From the NCBI GenBank assembly GCA_963707635.1, contig OY970173.1, positions 1,216,001-1,280,000 of the forward strand: a stretch of 64,000 nucleotides of DNA, in the 5' to 3' direction. The translations under genes were made by a program, and so were the position numbers. The notes beneath the pieces are model-generated. The model saw only the letters and a program-made list of their open reading frames with translations, had not been told where the DNA came from and ran no database searches. This stretch comes from Candidatus Latescibacterota bacterium. GTDB lineage: Bacteria > Krumholzibacteriota > Krumholzibacteriia > WVZY01 > JAKEHA01. Positions 10,259 through 20,529 of the stretch are shown one piece after another (positions within the stretch are counted from its first letter, which is position 1; every line of letters starts with the position of its first letter).

Positions 10259-10519
10259 TCAGGCCCCGGCTGCCGGCTTCTTCTTCTTGAGGAAGCTGCC
10301 GATCAACGTGAGCACCACGCCTCCGACCGCGCCGGCGCCCAACTCTCCGCCCACGCCGCCGCTGCCCATCACCTGACCGCCGAGGAGCCCGCCTGCCGCG
10401 CCGAGCAGGGTGTTCCACATCGGGCCCATGCTTCGATTCTTCATCAGCGCGCCGAGGGCGTTGCCGCCCACGCCGCCACCGAGCAGACCCATCAGCATAT
10501 TCATCAGACTGCTATCCAT
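10259..10519 (-). CDS. Small glycine-rich membrane protein (GlsB/YeaQ/YmgE-like)
   Basis: 86 aa, strong RBS AAGGAGG, GxxxG-rich hydrophobic segments, basic C-terminus. Confidence 0.75.
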   Translation of the reverse strand: MDSSLMNMLMGLLGGGVGGNALGALMKNRSMGPMWNTLLGAAGGLLGGQVMGSGGVGGELGAGAVGGVVLTLIGSFLKKKKPAAGA

Positions 10520-10691
10520 GTGACCTCCTTCGAACCGCGAGGTGGTGCTCGCCAAAACGGGTGCGCGGCGCGGGGTGCGGGCAAGCGCGTTAAGTGTGAG
10601 TCGAACCGCTGACGTTGGCAAGCGACATTCGTGGCGCGAGGAGCGTGCTGGTCGTGCTAAGGTTCACAAGCGAATCGGAGGTCACACTACG

Positions 10692-11231
10692 ATGATCGAG
10701 ACTCCGCGCCTGCTCCTGGTTCCAGCCACGATCGAACTGTGCCGGGCCGAGCTCGAAGACCGCGCGCGTTTCGCGCGTCTGCTCGACGCGGACCTGCCCG
10801 CGGACTGGCCGCCCCCGCTCAACGACGACAACACGATCCGCTGGGTGGTCGGCCACCTGACCGAGCACCCCGACGCGGCGCTGTGGACGATGTGGTATTT
10901 CCTGCTGCGGCGTTCCGGCGAGCGAGCGCTCGCCATCGGCAAGGGCGGGTTCACGGGAGCGCCCGCGCCCGACGGCACCTGCGAGGTCGGGTATTCCGTG
11001 GCGGAGTCCCACCAGCGGCGCGGGTACGCCACCGAAGCCACGAACGGGCTGGTGGGCCACGCCTTCGAGGATCCTCGCGTCAGCCGCGTCATCGCCCACA
11101 CGCTCCCCGACCTGACGCCTTCGATCCGCGTGCTCGAGAAGTGCGGGTTCGTCTTCGTGGGAGACGGCGAAGAGGCGGGGACGATACGTTTCGAGTTGCG
11201 ACGCGCTACAGCTCCGCGTACGGCACGCTGA
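10692..11231 (+). CDS. GNAT acetyltransferase, RimJ/RimL family
   Basis: IETPRLLL, EVGY, HQRRGYATEA, SIRVLEKCGF. Confidence 0.9.
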   Translation: MIETPRLLLVPATIELCRAELEDRARFARLLDADLPADWPPPLNDDNTIRWVVGHLTEHPDAALWTMWYFLLRRSGERALAIGKGGFTGAPAPDGTCEVGYSVAESHQRRGYATEATNGLVGHAFEDPRVSRVIAHTLPDLTPSIRVLEKCGFVFVGDGEEAGTIRFELRRATAPRTAR

Positions 11232-12057
11232 ACGTGTCGCCCTGCGTGAGGTCTCCGGTCTCGAAGCCGCTACGGAACCAGGCCGCGCGCTGCGCGGAGG
11301 TGCCGTGCGTGAACGAGTCCGGAACGACGTGACCGCTCGACGCCTTCTGGAGGCGATCGTCGCCGACCGCGGAGGCCGCGGCGATCGCTTCCTCCAGGTC
11401 CCCGGCCTCGACGACGTCGAGCGACGCGCGTGCGAAGTGGGCCCATACGCCGGCGAGAAAGTCGGCCTGCAACTCGAGCCGCACCGACATCTGGTTGTAC
11501 GCCTCCTCCGTCATGCGCCCGCGCATCGCGTCCATGCGATCCGTGATTCCCATCAGCTTCTGGACGTGGTGGCCGACCTCGTGCGCGACCACGTACGCGA
11601 TCGCGAAGTCGCCGGGAGCGCCGAAGCGCGTTTGCAGCTCGTCGAAGAACGAGAGATCGATGTACACCTTCTCGTCGGATGGGCAGTAGAACGGTCCGGA
11701 CGCCGTGCTCGCCCACCCGCAGGCGGATTCGACCTGGTCGCTGTACAGCACGACCCACGGCTTGCGGTACGCCATGCCTTCCTCCGCGAGCAGCCGGCCC
11801 CAGATGTCTTCGGTATCCGCCAGCACCACCGACACGAACTGCTTCATTTCTTCCGCGTGTGCGTCCACCGGCGCGTCGGCAGCGGGTTCCAGCTGCGTGG
11901 TCGCGACCTGGTTCAGCAGGTCCCGCGGATCCGCGCCGAATAGCAGCGCCACCACCAGCACCACGATCGCGCCGAGCCCGCCGCCCACCACCATCCGGCC
12001 GCCCCGCCCGCGCTGGTCGTCGACATTGCCGCTCTGACGCCTTCCGGTCCATTTCAT
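11206..12057 (-). CDS. Neutral zinc metallopeptidase (YpfJ-like)
   Basis: GPFYCPSD, HEVGHHVQ, ELQADFLAG, DSFTHGTS. Confidence 0.9.
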   Translation of the reverse strand: MKWTGRRQSGNVDDQRGRGGRMVVGGGLGAIVVLVVALLFGADPRDLLNQVATTQLEPAADAPVDAHAEEMKQFVSVVLADTEDIWGRLLAEEGMAYRKPWVVLYSDQVESACGWASTASGPFYCPSDEKVYIDLSFFDELQTRFGAPGDFAIAYVVAHEVGHHVQKLMGITDRMDAMRGRMTEEAYNQMSVRLELQADFLAGVWAHFARASLDVVEAGDLEEAIAAASAVGDDRLQKASSGHVVPDSFTHGTSAQRAAWFRSGFETGDLTQGDTFSVPYAEL

Positions 12058-13406
12058 GGCGAACTCCTCGTTACGGGTTGACGCGCATGCGCCGCGATCG
12101 CGTCGGCCAGGAGGTCGGCGACCACGCGGTGCCCCTCGATCGACAAATGGTCGTGGTCGAGAAAGAGACGCTCGGGTGCGACGTGTGTGCGGTGAGTATA
12201 CTCCACCAGCGGAGGGAGCAAGTCGATCAGCGGAATGCCCCGCGCCGCCGCGTACGAGGCGATCACGCGCTGCGGCGCCGAGAGGCGTTCAGGATCCGAG
12301 AGCTGGACGGTGAACGGAAGTACTACCACCAGCACCGGGATCCCGTGCGCGCCGCAGCCGTCGACGATCGCCTGCAGATCCGCCAGCGCGTAGTCCCACG
12401 CCATTTTCACGTTGGGCTGCTCGGGATGCGCCATCAGGGTCTCGACCTCGAGCATCTCCTGATGCAAGGCGCCCAGCCGCAGGTCCGCGCCGAGGCGCCG
12501 CCTCGCCTTGATCTCGAGGATCAGGTTCTGGATTTCGTAACAGAGCGCGCTCTTCGACACCAGGCGGTCGAAAATGGACACGTAGGAATGTCTTAATTGA
12601 AAACCCTCGTCGGAGCCGCCGAAACGGGCCAGGTGAAACATCTCGGTCACGTCGTTGAGCACGAACCCGACCACGACCAGGTCGGGGTTGTACCCGTACC
12701 CCTCTTGTTCCAGCAGGATCCGCTGCTGCCACTGGGAGTAGCCTTCGACCGCCAGATTCACCGTCTCGGTCGGAATCGAGTCGCGCGCCTCCAGCATCGA
12801 TCCGATCACGTACGGGTAGGTGTCCTCCCAGCGCGCGATGCGATAGCCGAACGTCACCGAGTCGCCGAGGTAGAGGACGCGCCGCGTTCCGCCGGCGCGC
12901 GGGTAGGGGACGACCGGGCCGCGGAAGCCCCGCTCGTTGACGTGCACCTCGACGCCGCCCCACTCGTCGACGGCGTTGGCGCGCAGTTTCCACCCGAGCG
13001 TGTCGTCGCGCACGAAGAGCGTCGTCGTCTTCTCGTGCGGGGGGACGAACGCGCGCAGCGCGAGTTCGAGCCATCCCACCGGCACCGCGATCACGAACAG
13101 GGAAAGCAGGATTCGCTCGACGAGCGCGCGGCGGAACCAGCGATCCAGCGGGGCGACCCGCCCGACGAGCCACGCGGCGGCCAGCAGCGCGGCGCCGGTG
13201 CCAAGAAATGCGAGCTGCATCGCGTGCACGCGGGCGGGGTCGGGCTCGGCGATGCCGGGGCGGTGCAGGAGCGAACGCGCCGTGCGGACCGCGAGCGAAA
13301 CGAACCAGGTGTTGTGCACGGCGGCGCCGGTCACGAAGATGACGCCGGCGATCGCGAGCAAGGTCCGGCTCGCGCCGCGGCGGGCGACGGGGGAGGGAGT
13401 CGCCAC
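12054..13406 (-). CDS. Membrane-anchored SGNH/GDSL hydrolase
   Basis: N-terminal TM helices, LGDSVTFG, LND, DHDH catalytic motif. Confidence 0.85.
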   Translation of the reverse strand: MATPSPVARRGASRTLLAIAGVIFVTGAAVHNTWFVSLAVRTARSLLHRPGIAEPDPARVHAMQLAFLGTGAALLAAAWLVGRVAPLDRWFRRALVERILLSLFVIAVPVGWLELALRAFVPPHEKTTTLFVRDDTLGWKLRANAVDEWGGVEVHVNERGFRGPVVPYPRAGGTRRVLYLGDSVTFGYRIARWEDTYPYVIGSMLEARDSIPTETVNLAVEGYSQWQQRILLEQEGYGYNPDLVVVGFVLNDVTEMFHLARFGGSDEGFQLRHSYVSIFDRLVSKSALCYEIQNLILEIKARRRLGADLRLGALHQEMLEVETLMAHPEQPNVKMAWDYALADLQAIVDGCGAHGIPVLVVVLPFTVQLSDPERLSAPQRVIASYAAARGIPLIDLLPPLVEYTHRTHVAPERLFLDHDHLSIEGHRVVADLLADAIAAHARQPVTRSSP

Positions 13407-13413
13407 GCGGGGT

Positions 13414-13908
13414 CTACCCTTTCTCGATCTGGCGAACCGAGCCCGACCAGTCGAACTCGAAGACCTCGTACTCGGCCTTCGACATGCCGACGGCCTGGTA
13501 GGTCTTCTGCGCGCGCTCGTTGAGGCGGTGGACGTACAGGCGCAGGCCCCTCACGTCCCGCTGCGCGCGCGCCACCGATTCGATGTGGCGATAGATCGCG
13601 CGGAACACGCCGTGCCGTCGCGCGCCCGGTTCCACGTACACGCTCTGCAGCCACCACAGCACGCCGTCGCGCCAGTCCGTCAGCTCGAAGGTGACCATGG
13701 TGCCGCCGACAACCTTGCCGTCGATCTGGGCGATGAAGTACCGGCACAGCTCGGGGTGCGCGAAGCCACGCCGCACGCCCGCGGTGAGGGTCGGGTTGTC
13801 GAGCACCCTGCCCTCGGATTCCAGCGCCAGGCGGCGGTTGAAATCGACGAGCAGCGGCAGGTCGAGCTCGTTGGCATCGCGGACGGTGATTTTCGTTCGC
13901 CTGGGCAT
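13414..13908 (-). CDS. GNAT N-acetyltransferase
   Basis: WWLQSVYVEPGARRHGVF, LRLYVHRLNERAQKTY; start taken at MPRRTK. Confidence 0.85.
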   Translation of the reverse strand: MPRRTKITVRDANELDLPLLVDFNRRLALESEGRVLDNPTLTAGVRRGFAHPELCRYFIAQIDGKVVGGTMVTFELTDWRDGVLWWLQSVYVEPGARRHGVFRAIYRHIESVARAQRDVRGLRLYVHRLNERAQKTYQAVGMSKAEYEVFEFDWSGSVRQIEKG

Positions 13909-13966
13909 GTCGGGTGGAGGCCCGGGATGGGCGTACCCGAATCCTAGCAGGTCGGCCGGCGGGCGG

Positions 13967-15409
13967 CTACTCGTGAAGCGCGAAGGAAGGGCGCGAGAAC
14001 TCGCGGGGGTTGATCTTGAAGCGGGCGAGCCGGTTGCGAAGCGCACCGCGACTGACCCCCATCAGCTCGGCGGCGCGCGACACGTTGCCGCGCGTGCGCT
14101 TGAGTGTCGCCTCGATCAGCGCGCGCTCCACCTCGTCGAGCGTGACCGCGCCGGTGGGGAGCTCCATCTCGATGCGGCCCTCCGTGCGGCGGAGCGCAGC
14201 CGCGCGGGGCGCCGCCGTCGACGGAACCGCGATCGGGAGGTGGGACGCCTCGATCCGGTCCCCCTGGCAGAGCAGCACGGCGCGCTCGAGCACGTTGACC
14301 AGCTCGCGCACGTTGCCGGGCCACGGATAGGCGCGGGTCATCGCCTTCGCCTCGGGCGAGAGCACGAGCCCGGGCTTGTTGAACTTCTTCTTGAAGGATT
14401 CCAGGTAGTGGGCGGCAATCGTGTCGATGTCCTCGATCCGCTCGCGTAGCGGCGGTACGCGGATCTCCACCACGTTGAGCCGGTAGTAGAAGTCCTGGCG
14501 GAAGCGTCCCTCGCTCACCTGCTCCCGGATCTCGCGGTTGCTGGCGGCAATGACGCGCGTTTCGACCGTGACCTCGCGCTCTCCGCCCAGGCGGCGGAAG
14601 CGTTTCGTGTCGAGAAACTTGAGGAGCTTCGCCTGGGTCACGGGTTCGATCTCGGTGATTTCGTCGAGAAACAGAGTCCCGCCATCGGCCAGCTCGATCA
14701 GTCCGACCTTCTGGCCACGCGCGTCTGTAAACGCCCCCGGCTCGTAGCCGAACAGCTCGCTTTCGAGCAGGTTGTGCGGAATCGCGGCGCAGTTGATCTC
14801 GATGAACGGACCGGTGGAGGCGCGTGAGCGCTCGTGGATGGTATGGGCGAATAGGCTCTTTCCAACGCCCGACTCGCCCAGCAGCAGGACGGAAGTGGTG
14901 GCACCTTCCGCGACCCGGTCGATCATCTCGAGCACATGGCGAATCGGCTCGCTCGTGCCGACGATCTCGTCGACTTTCGCGGAGCGCTTGGTTGCGCGCG
15001 TGTGTTCGACCCGCTCGCGGCGCAGGTGGATCTGGGCGAGCGTCTGCTCGATGAGTGCGTGAAACGTCTCCCCCTCGACGGGCTTGAGCACGAACGCGCG
15101 CGCCTTGAGGCTCAAGACCTTGCGATCGAGGTCCGGGAGCTCGCGGGGAACGCACAGGATCAGCTGCGCGAGCGGGTTCGCCGCGCGGGCCTTTTCCAGC
15201 GTGGAGCGGGACGTCTCCAGCGATACCGCGTCCGTGAACCCCAGCACGATCAGGTCCACGCGCACGACTTCGCCGTCGAGGTCGGCGGCGCGAAGCACGC
15301 GCACCGGCTTCGAGAGCCCGCGCAGGTAGCCGCGGATATGCTCGGCATCCCAGTCGTTCGAGTCGACGACGAGGACGTGGTATGGATCGCGCGCGGTTCG
15401 TTCGCTCAT
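13967..15409 (-). CDS. Sigma54-dependent activator (NtrC-like) with degenerate receiver domain
   Basis: [26 protein letters not shown] and Fis-type HTH. The receiver-like N-terminus has DLIVLG where the phosphoacceptor Asp is expected. Confidence 0.9.
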   Translation of the reverse strand: MSERTARDPYHVLVVDSNDWDAEHIRGYLRGLSKPVRVLRAADLDGEVVRVDLIVLGFTDAVSLETSRSTLEKARAANPLAQLILCVPRELPDLDRKVLSLKARAFVLKPVEGETFHALIEQTLAQIHLRRERVEHTRATKRSAKVDEIVGTSEPIRHVLEMIDRVAEGATTSVLLLGESGVGKSLFAHTIHERSRASTGPFIEINCAAIPHNLLESELFGYEPGAFTDARGQKVGLIELADGGTLFLDEITEIEPVTQAKLLKFLDTKRFRRLGGEREVTVETRVIAASNREIREQVSEGRFRQDFYYRLNVVEIRVPPLRERIEDIDTIAAHYLESFKKKFNKPGLVLSPEAKAMTRAYPWPGNVRELVNVLERAVLLCQGDRIEASHLPIAVPSTAAPRAAALRRTEGRIEMELPTGAVTLDEVERALIEATLKRTRGNVSRAAELMGVSRGALRNRLARFKINPREFSRPSFALHE

Positions 15410-15452
15410 CCTGGAATCCCCCGATAATCAGACGGAGCTTGCGCCCGGACTC

Positions 15453-15468
15453 TGCAAGTCCTGTGCCG
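15453..15468 (-). promoter_or_regulatory. Sigma54 -24/-12 promoter
   Basis: Minus strand CGGCAC-AGGAC-TTGCA, ~45 nt upstream of the activator start. Confidence 0.75.
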
Positions 15469-15564
15469 GGTGGGCCAGGATGCGGCTTGCCGTTCCCGGG
15501 TGGTTTCGGCTAGCGTCAGCGCGAACCGACGGCCGAGCGTGCCGCGGAAGGGGAGAGGACCGGT

Positions 15565-17359
15565 ATGCACAGACTCGGAGCCGTTTTCCTGGGGCTGGGC
15601 GCGTGCGCGCTCGCCGCGGTCTCGTGCGGCGGGGATGACCCGGCCGCGCCGCCGCCGGCGGATCCGCCGATCGTGAGCAGCATCAGCGCCTCCATCGCGT
15701 CTCCCGGCGACACGCTGCTCATCAGCGGCTCCCGCTTCGGCACCCCGGCGAGCACGAACCGCGTTCGCTTTTTCAATTCGCTGGCGGTGGCCACGCCGTT
15801 CGCCGGGAGCGAAACGGAGCTGTCGGTGGTGGTCGACAAGGACGCGACCAGCGGTGCAATCACGGTGACGTCGAACGGGCTCTCCGCCCAGGGGCCGGCG
15901 CTCGAGGTGCGTGCGCGAAGTCGGCGACGTGTTCGTGTTCGGGGGGCTGGGGGCGAACCAGCCGCTCGTGCTCCCGAACCCGACCGCGACCACGCAGTAC
16001 CTGGTAATTCCGCACTCGGTCAACGCGAATTGGTCGTATAAGACAAATCATTCGTATCGCATCAGCTCGACGCTGGTACCGCCGATCGTTGCTGCGCAGG
16101 CAACCGGAGCGGGAGCCTTCCGGCCCGGGAAGTTTACGCTCCGTGAAGAATTCGAGGCGTGGCGATGGGAGCAGGCGCGCCACATGATCGAGCGCGTGGG
16201 GTTTCCTGAGCCTGGGGAAGCGCCGGCACCGCAAGCAACGGTCGTGTTGCCACCGTTCCGGCAGTTCAACGTGCTCAAGTCGGCGAACCGGGACGTCGAC
16301 GTGTCATCTCCGTCGAGCTATCAGCGCGTGACAGCCGAGCTTCGCTATTCAGGAACGAAATGCCTGGTCTACGCAGACGTCGACACGCTCGCGACGGGCA
16401 ACTTCACGCAGACCGAATTCGACGCTTTCGGCCAGGCGTTCGACAGCTCGATCGAGACCACCAATGTGACCTATTTCGGCAACTATTCCGACGTCGACGG
16501 TAACGGCAAGATGTTGGTGCTGATCACGCCGGTGGTGAATAACCTCACACCCGATGACAACATTCAGAAACACAAGGGGTTTATCGCCGGGTTCTTTCTG
16601 GCCACCGATCTGCGTTTTCCACCGGCGATGCCGGTCGGCACCACGAACCAGGCGGAGATCATTTACCTCCTCGCGGCCGATCCGAGCGGGTTCTGGGGAA
16701 ATGTTTTTCCAGTCGCTGCCACCGCGCAGGAGAACATCAACACGACCGCGCACGAGCACGAGCACTTGATAAGTTTCTCGAGACGCCTGTTCATCGAGCG
16801 CGGACCCTCCCAAGAGACCTGGCTCGAGGAAGGCATGGCGCACATGGCCGAACATTTGAACGGAATTGACGGCGCCAACAAGAACCGCGGCGCGCTGTAT
16901 CTCGCCTGCCCCGACAGCATTTCGCTCGAAGACAACAACGCGCCCCTCGACCAGCGCGGCGGCATCTACCTGTTCTTACAACTTATGGTGGACCGCTACG
17001 GCACTGACATCCTCAAGAGCATCGTGCAGAGCAAGTGCACTGGCCGCGCATGCATCCAGAACGTCACTGGAGAAAACTTCTACGAACTGTTCGCGGAATT
17101 CCTGGCCGCGCTGTACCTGACCGGCCGGGGCATCACCGGTGACCCGCGCTTCAACTTCGCCTCGATCGACCTGGCGGACTTCGGGACGCTCGCCACAGCG
17201 TTCCACGTTGCCGGCACCGCCGATGTGACGGGGTCGGTGCGCCGGACCGCGGGCGATTTCCATATTTTCAGCGGCGCGCTCAACCAGGAGACGCGCTTCA
17301 CGTTCACCAATCCGGGCGGAAACGCGCGGCTGCGGAACGTGGTCGTGCGCATCCAATGA
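15565..17359 (+). CDS. Lipoprotein with IPT/TIG domain and M30-like zinc peptidase; +1 frameshift at ~15910
   Basis: Lipobox LAAVSC; IPT-like PIVSSIS..SPGDTLLISGSRFG; HEHEH...WLEEGMA. ORFs 15565 and 15911 join in frame if one base is removed from GTG-C-GTG. Confidence 0.75.
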
Positions 17360-17964
17360 GGCCGACCATGTCACGGGCTGGCGGGGTGATCGTGCTGCTA
17401 CTGGGAGGAGTCTTGCTCTACGGCTGCGGGGGAAAGAGCGCGCGTGCCGTGAACGACTTGAACGGGATCGCGGATGGAGAGTTCGTGCGAATCGAAGGCG
17501 AGCTGGCGCTCCGCGGCAGTACCCCGTTTCCCACCCTCGTCCTGGTGACGCCGAGCGGCGCCGCGGTGACGGTCGATTCGCGCTCGTCGGAAGTCCAACA
17601 CGAGCTCAAGGGACTCGTGAGCATGCGCGTCGCGGTCGAAGGGACCGTGATCACGAGCACCGACCCCACGCTGTCCCGTCTCGACGCGGCGGGCTACGAT
17701 CTCCTGCCGCTGCCCGGGGGTGAAGTCCCGATCGTCGGCGCCCTCACCATCGAAGCCGACCAGCTCGTGCTCACCGCGAAGGACGGAACGCGCTACTGGA
17801 TTCGCGGCGATCTCGTTGGCGCGATTCGCGAATACGACGGTGCCCGCATCTGGGTGGTCGGATCCGCCGAGGACACCACCGCTCTGGAACGCCCGAAGCA
17901 GTCCACCCCGTTTACGCCCACCGGCTACGGCGTCATCAACGAAGTTTCTCCGCGTGTGAACTGA
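17356..17964 (+). CDS. Hypothetical lipoprotein (two similar small beta domains)
   Basis: Lipobox LYGC; ATGA overlap with the upstream gene; GC3-rich codon usage. Confidence 0.7.
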   Translation: MRPTMSRAGGVIVLLLGGVLLYGCGGKSARAVNDLNGIADGEFVRIEGELALRGSTPFPTLVLVTPSGAAVTVDSRSSEVQHELKGLVSMRVAVEGTVITSTDPTLSRLDAAGYDLLPLPGGEVPIVGALTIEADQLVLTAKDGTRYWIRGDLVGAIREYDGARIWVVGSAEDTTALERPKQSTPFTPTGYGVINEVSPRVN

Positions 17965-17970
17965 ACGCAC

Positions 17971-17986
17971 TGTCGAAGTCTCGACA
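17971..17986. promoter_or_regulatory. Palindrome, candidate enhancer (UAS) for a sigma54 activator
   Basis: TGTCGA-AGTC-TCGACA (TGT-N10-ACA), ~170 bp upstream of the -24/-12 element. Confidence 0.45.
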
Positions 17987-18154
17987 GGGAGGCGCGCGGC
18001 ACGGTCGCGACGCAACTGTCGGCGCGCTCGCGCACTAACCTCGTCGATTCCACCCGCCGAGCCGGCCCTCCACCGGCGGGGCGTTGCCAACCCGATCCAC
18101 TCACGAGGCCCGACAGTCGTTGCGCCACCGCTGCTTACGCGCGTTCGCGCCGCG

Positions 18155-18169
18155 TGGCACCGCACTTGC
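18155..18169 (+). promoter_or_regulatory. Sigma54 -24/-12 promoter
   Basis: TGGCAC-CGCAC-TTGC, an exact consensus, ~60 nt upstream of ATG 18231. Confidence 0.8.
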
Positions 18170-18230
18170 CGTGATAGCGCGACGTTGGATCGATCCCGAT
18201 CGCACGACGGACCGAAAGGAGAACATTGTC

Positions 18231-19238
18231 ATGAAGCCTCTTCGCCCCGACCCTCGACCCGACTTCGATCCGCCGATCGTCGGCGCCTCCGCGGGCGCCC
18301 ATCGCCTGCGCGACCTGGTGCTCACACTCGCCGAATCCGACGTGAGCGTGCTGATCACCGGGGAGAGCGGCACCGGCAAGGAAGTGCTGGCGCGCAACCT
18401 CCATCGCTTTTCGCGCCGGCGGGACTCGGCGTTCGTGTCGGTCAACTGCGCGGCACTCGCGCCCGGCATCCTCGAGAGCGAGTTGTTCGGACACGATCGC
18501 GGGGCGTTCACCGGTGCCGTGCGCGCCCACGCGGGGTTGTTCGAGGAGGCCAACGGCGGGACCCTGTTCCTGGACGAAATCGGTGAGATTCCGCCGTACA
18601 TCCAGGCCAAACTGCTCCGCGTCCTCCAGGAGGGCGAGGTGCGGCGCATGGGCGAGGGTGGCGTGCGGCGGGTCGACGTTCGGCTCGTCAGCGCCACCAA
18701 CGCGAACCTCGCCGCCATGGTGGAGGAGGGTACCTTCCGCAAGGACCTGTTCTACCGTATCAACGTGGTCGATGCGCGGATTCCATCCTTGCGGGAACGG
18801 CGGGAGGACGTCGCCGGGCTGGTGGCGCACTTCTTCCAGCGCCGGGGGCTCGTGTGCCCGGAGATCCACGAGGAGGCGGCGCGCGTGATGATCGCCTACT
18901 CCTGGCCCGGCAACGTGCGCGAACTGGAGAACGAAGTGGAACGCATCGCCGCGCTCCACGGTACGCCGCGGGCCCTTACCGCCGACATGCTCTCGGAGCG
19001 GATCGTGAGCGACGCGACCGGGGCCGCTCTCGACGTCGCGCTGCTTTGCGAGGCACCGCTCGCGCGGGCGGTGAACCACCTGGAGGTGAACCTGCTCAAG
19101 AAGACCCTGGTCCAGACCAACTGGAACAAGTCGCAGACCGCACGCCGGCTCGGGCTCTCGCGCCAGGGCTTGCTCAAGAAGATCAAGCGCTACGGGATCG
19201 TGCGGGAGACGGCGGCGCGGGATGAATCGACGGTGTGA
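18231..19238 (+). CDS. Sigma54-dependent activator lacking an N-terminal sensory domain (PspF/HrpR-like architecture)
   Basis: RBS GAAAGGAG; the AAA+ domain starts at about residue 15. [42 protein letters not shown]. Confidence 0.9.
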   Translation: MKPLRPDPRPDFDPPIVGASAGAHRLRDLVLTLAESDVSVLITGESGTGKEVLARNLHRFSRRRDSAFVSVNCAALAPGILESELFGHDRGAFTGAVRAHAGLFEEANGGTLFLDEIGEIPPYIQAKLLRVLQEGEVRRMGEGGVRRVDVRLVSATNANLAAMVEEGTFRKDLFYRINVVDARIPSLRERREDVAGLVAHFFQRRGLVCPEIHEEAARVMIAYSWPGNVRELENEVERIAALHGTPRALTADMLSERIVSDATGAALDVALLCEAPLARAVNHLEVNLLKKTLVQTNWNKSQTARRLGLSRQGLLKKIKRYGIVRETAARDESTV

Positions 19239-19252
19239 CGTGCGAACAAGGC

Positions 19253-19452
19253 GGCAGGCGATATATCGGACTCCGCGCTCATGCGCTCGCGCGCACAAGT
19301 TGGTATGCGCGACTCGCGAAATCGCGCTTCGCCCGATATATCGTCTGCCCCGTTCCAGGGCGGTGTGCGCTCCCTCAGACGCCAATCCGCAGTCGCGCAT
19401 TTCAAGAGTTTTGCGCGGGAGGACGGCGGCAGAGGGAGTGCACACCGCCCGC
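19253..19452. repeat. Palindromic intergenic repeat copy 2 (module A 19253-19350, module B 19358-19452)
   Basis: Reverse-complement homolog of 3270-3464. Confidence 0.9.
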
Positions 19453-19509
19453 ATGGATGGCGATAACACCGCGTGACAAGCCGCGGCGGCGTGCGCTACC
19501 ATGCCGGCT

Positions 19510-20529
19510 ATGGCGGCCGAAAAGACGCGAATCGCCGTGGTCGGGGCCGGGCACGTGGCCCAGGTCGCCCACATTCCTTCCTACCGCTCCAACCCCGACG
19601 CGGAGCTGGTCGCGATTGTCGACTACGACCCCGTGAAGGCCAAGCGCATCAAGGCGCAGTTCGGCTTCCACGAGTGGTACGACGACTTCAACACCATGCT
19701 GCGCAAGTCCAACGTCCACGCCGTCGACATCTGCACGCCGAACTATCTGCACGCCCCCATGGCCATCGCCGCGCTGCGCAGCGGCCGCGATGTCATGTGC
19801 GAGAAACCGATGGCGCGAAACGCGAAGGAAGCGCAGCAGATGGTGGACGCGGCCGAGTCGAACGACCGCATCCTGATGGTGGCGATGAACAACCGCTTCC
19901 GCGAAGATGCGCTCACCCTGCAGAAATTCGTCGGCGGCAACGAGCTGGGGGACATCAATATCGTCAAGGCCGGGTGGCTGCGCCACGCGACCGATTGGAA
20001 GGACCGCGCCTGGTTCACCGAGCGCGGCAAGGCCGGCGGCGGTGCGCTCCTGGACCTCGGCACCCCGCTCGTCGACCTCTCGATGTGGATTTCGGGATTG
20101 AAGAAAACCACCGGTGTTTCGTGCAGCGTGTTCGGCAAGAAGGGCAAGGACGCGGTCGAGGATTCCGCGTGCGCGATGGTGCGCTTTGCCGGCGGCGCGT
20201 GCCTGATGCTCGAGGTGAACTGGAACCTGCGCGACCCGCGCGACGTGGTCTACCTGCAGGTCTACGGCGCTCGGGGTGCGGGCGTGTTGAGCCCGCTCCA
20301 GGTCCACAAGTCGATCCAGGGCGTGCTGGTCAACGTCACCCCCGCGCTCGGCAAGCAGAAGAACTACTACAAGGACAGCTATCAGGCTGAAATCGATCAT
20401 TTCATCCAGTGCGTGCGCAAGCAGAAGGCACCGCTCACTTCCGGTAAGGACGCGCTCACCGTCATGAAGATAATGGACGCGATGTACGAGTCGGCGTCCA
20501 CCGGCAGGGAAGTCGAACTGACCGGATGA
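19510..20529 (+). CDS. Gfo/Idh/MocA family oxidoreductase
   Basis: GAGHVA Rossmann motif, CEKP, GGGALLDLG. TACCAT lies 7 nt before ATG 19510 (alternative ATG at 19501). Confidence 0.9.
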   Translation: MAAEKTRIAVVGAGHVAQVAHIPSYRSNPDAELVAIVDYDPVKAKRIKAQFGFHEWYDDFNTMLRKSNVHAVDICTPNYLHAPMAIAALRSGRDVMCEKPMARNAKEAQQMVDAAESNDRILMVAMNNRFREDALTLQKFVGGNELGDINIVKAGWLRHATDWKDRAWFTERGKAGGGALLDLGTPLVDLSMWISGLKKTTGVSCSVFGKKGKDAVEDSACAMVRFAGGACLMLEVNWNLRDPRDVVYLQVYGARGAGVLSPLQVHKSIQGVLVNVTPALGKQKNYYKDSYQAEIDHFIQCVRKQKAPLTSGKDALTVMKIMDAMYESASTGREVELTG

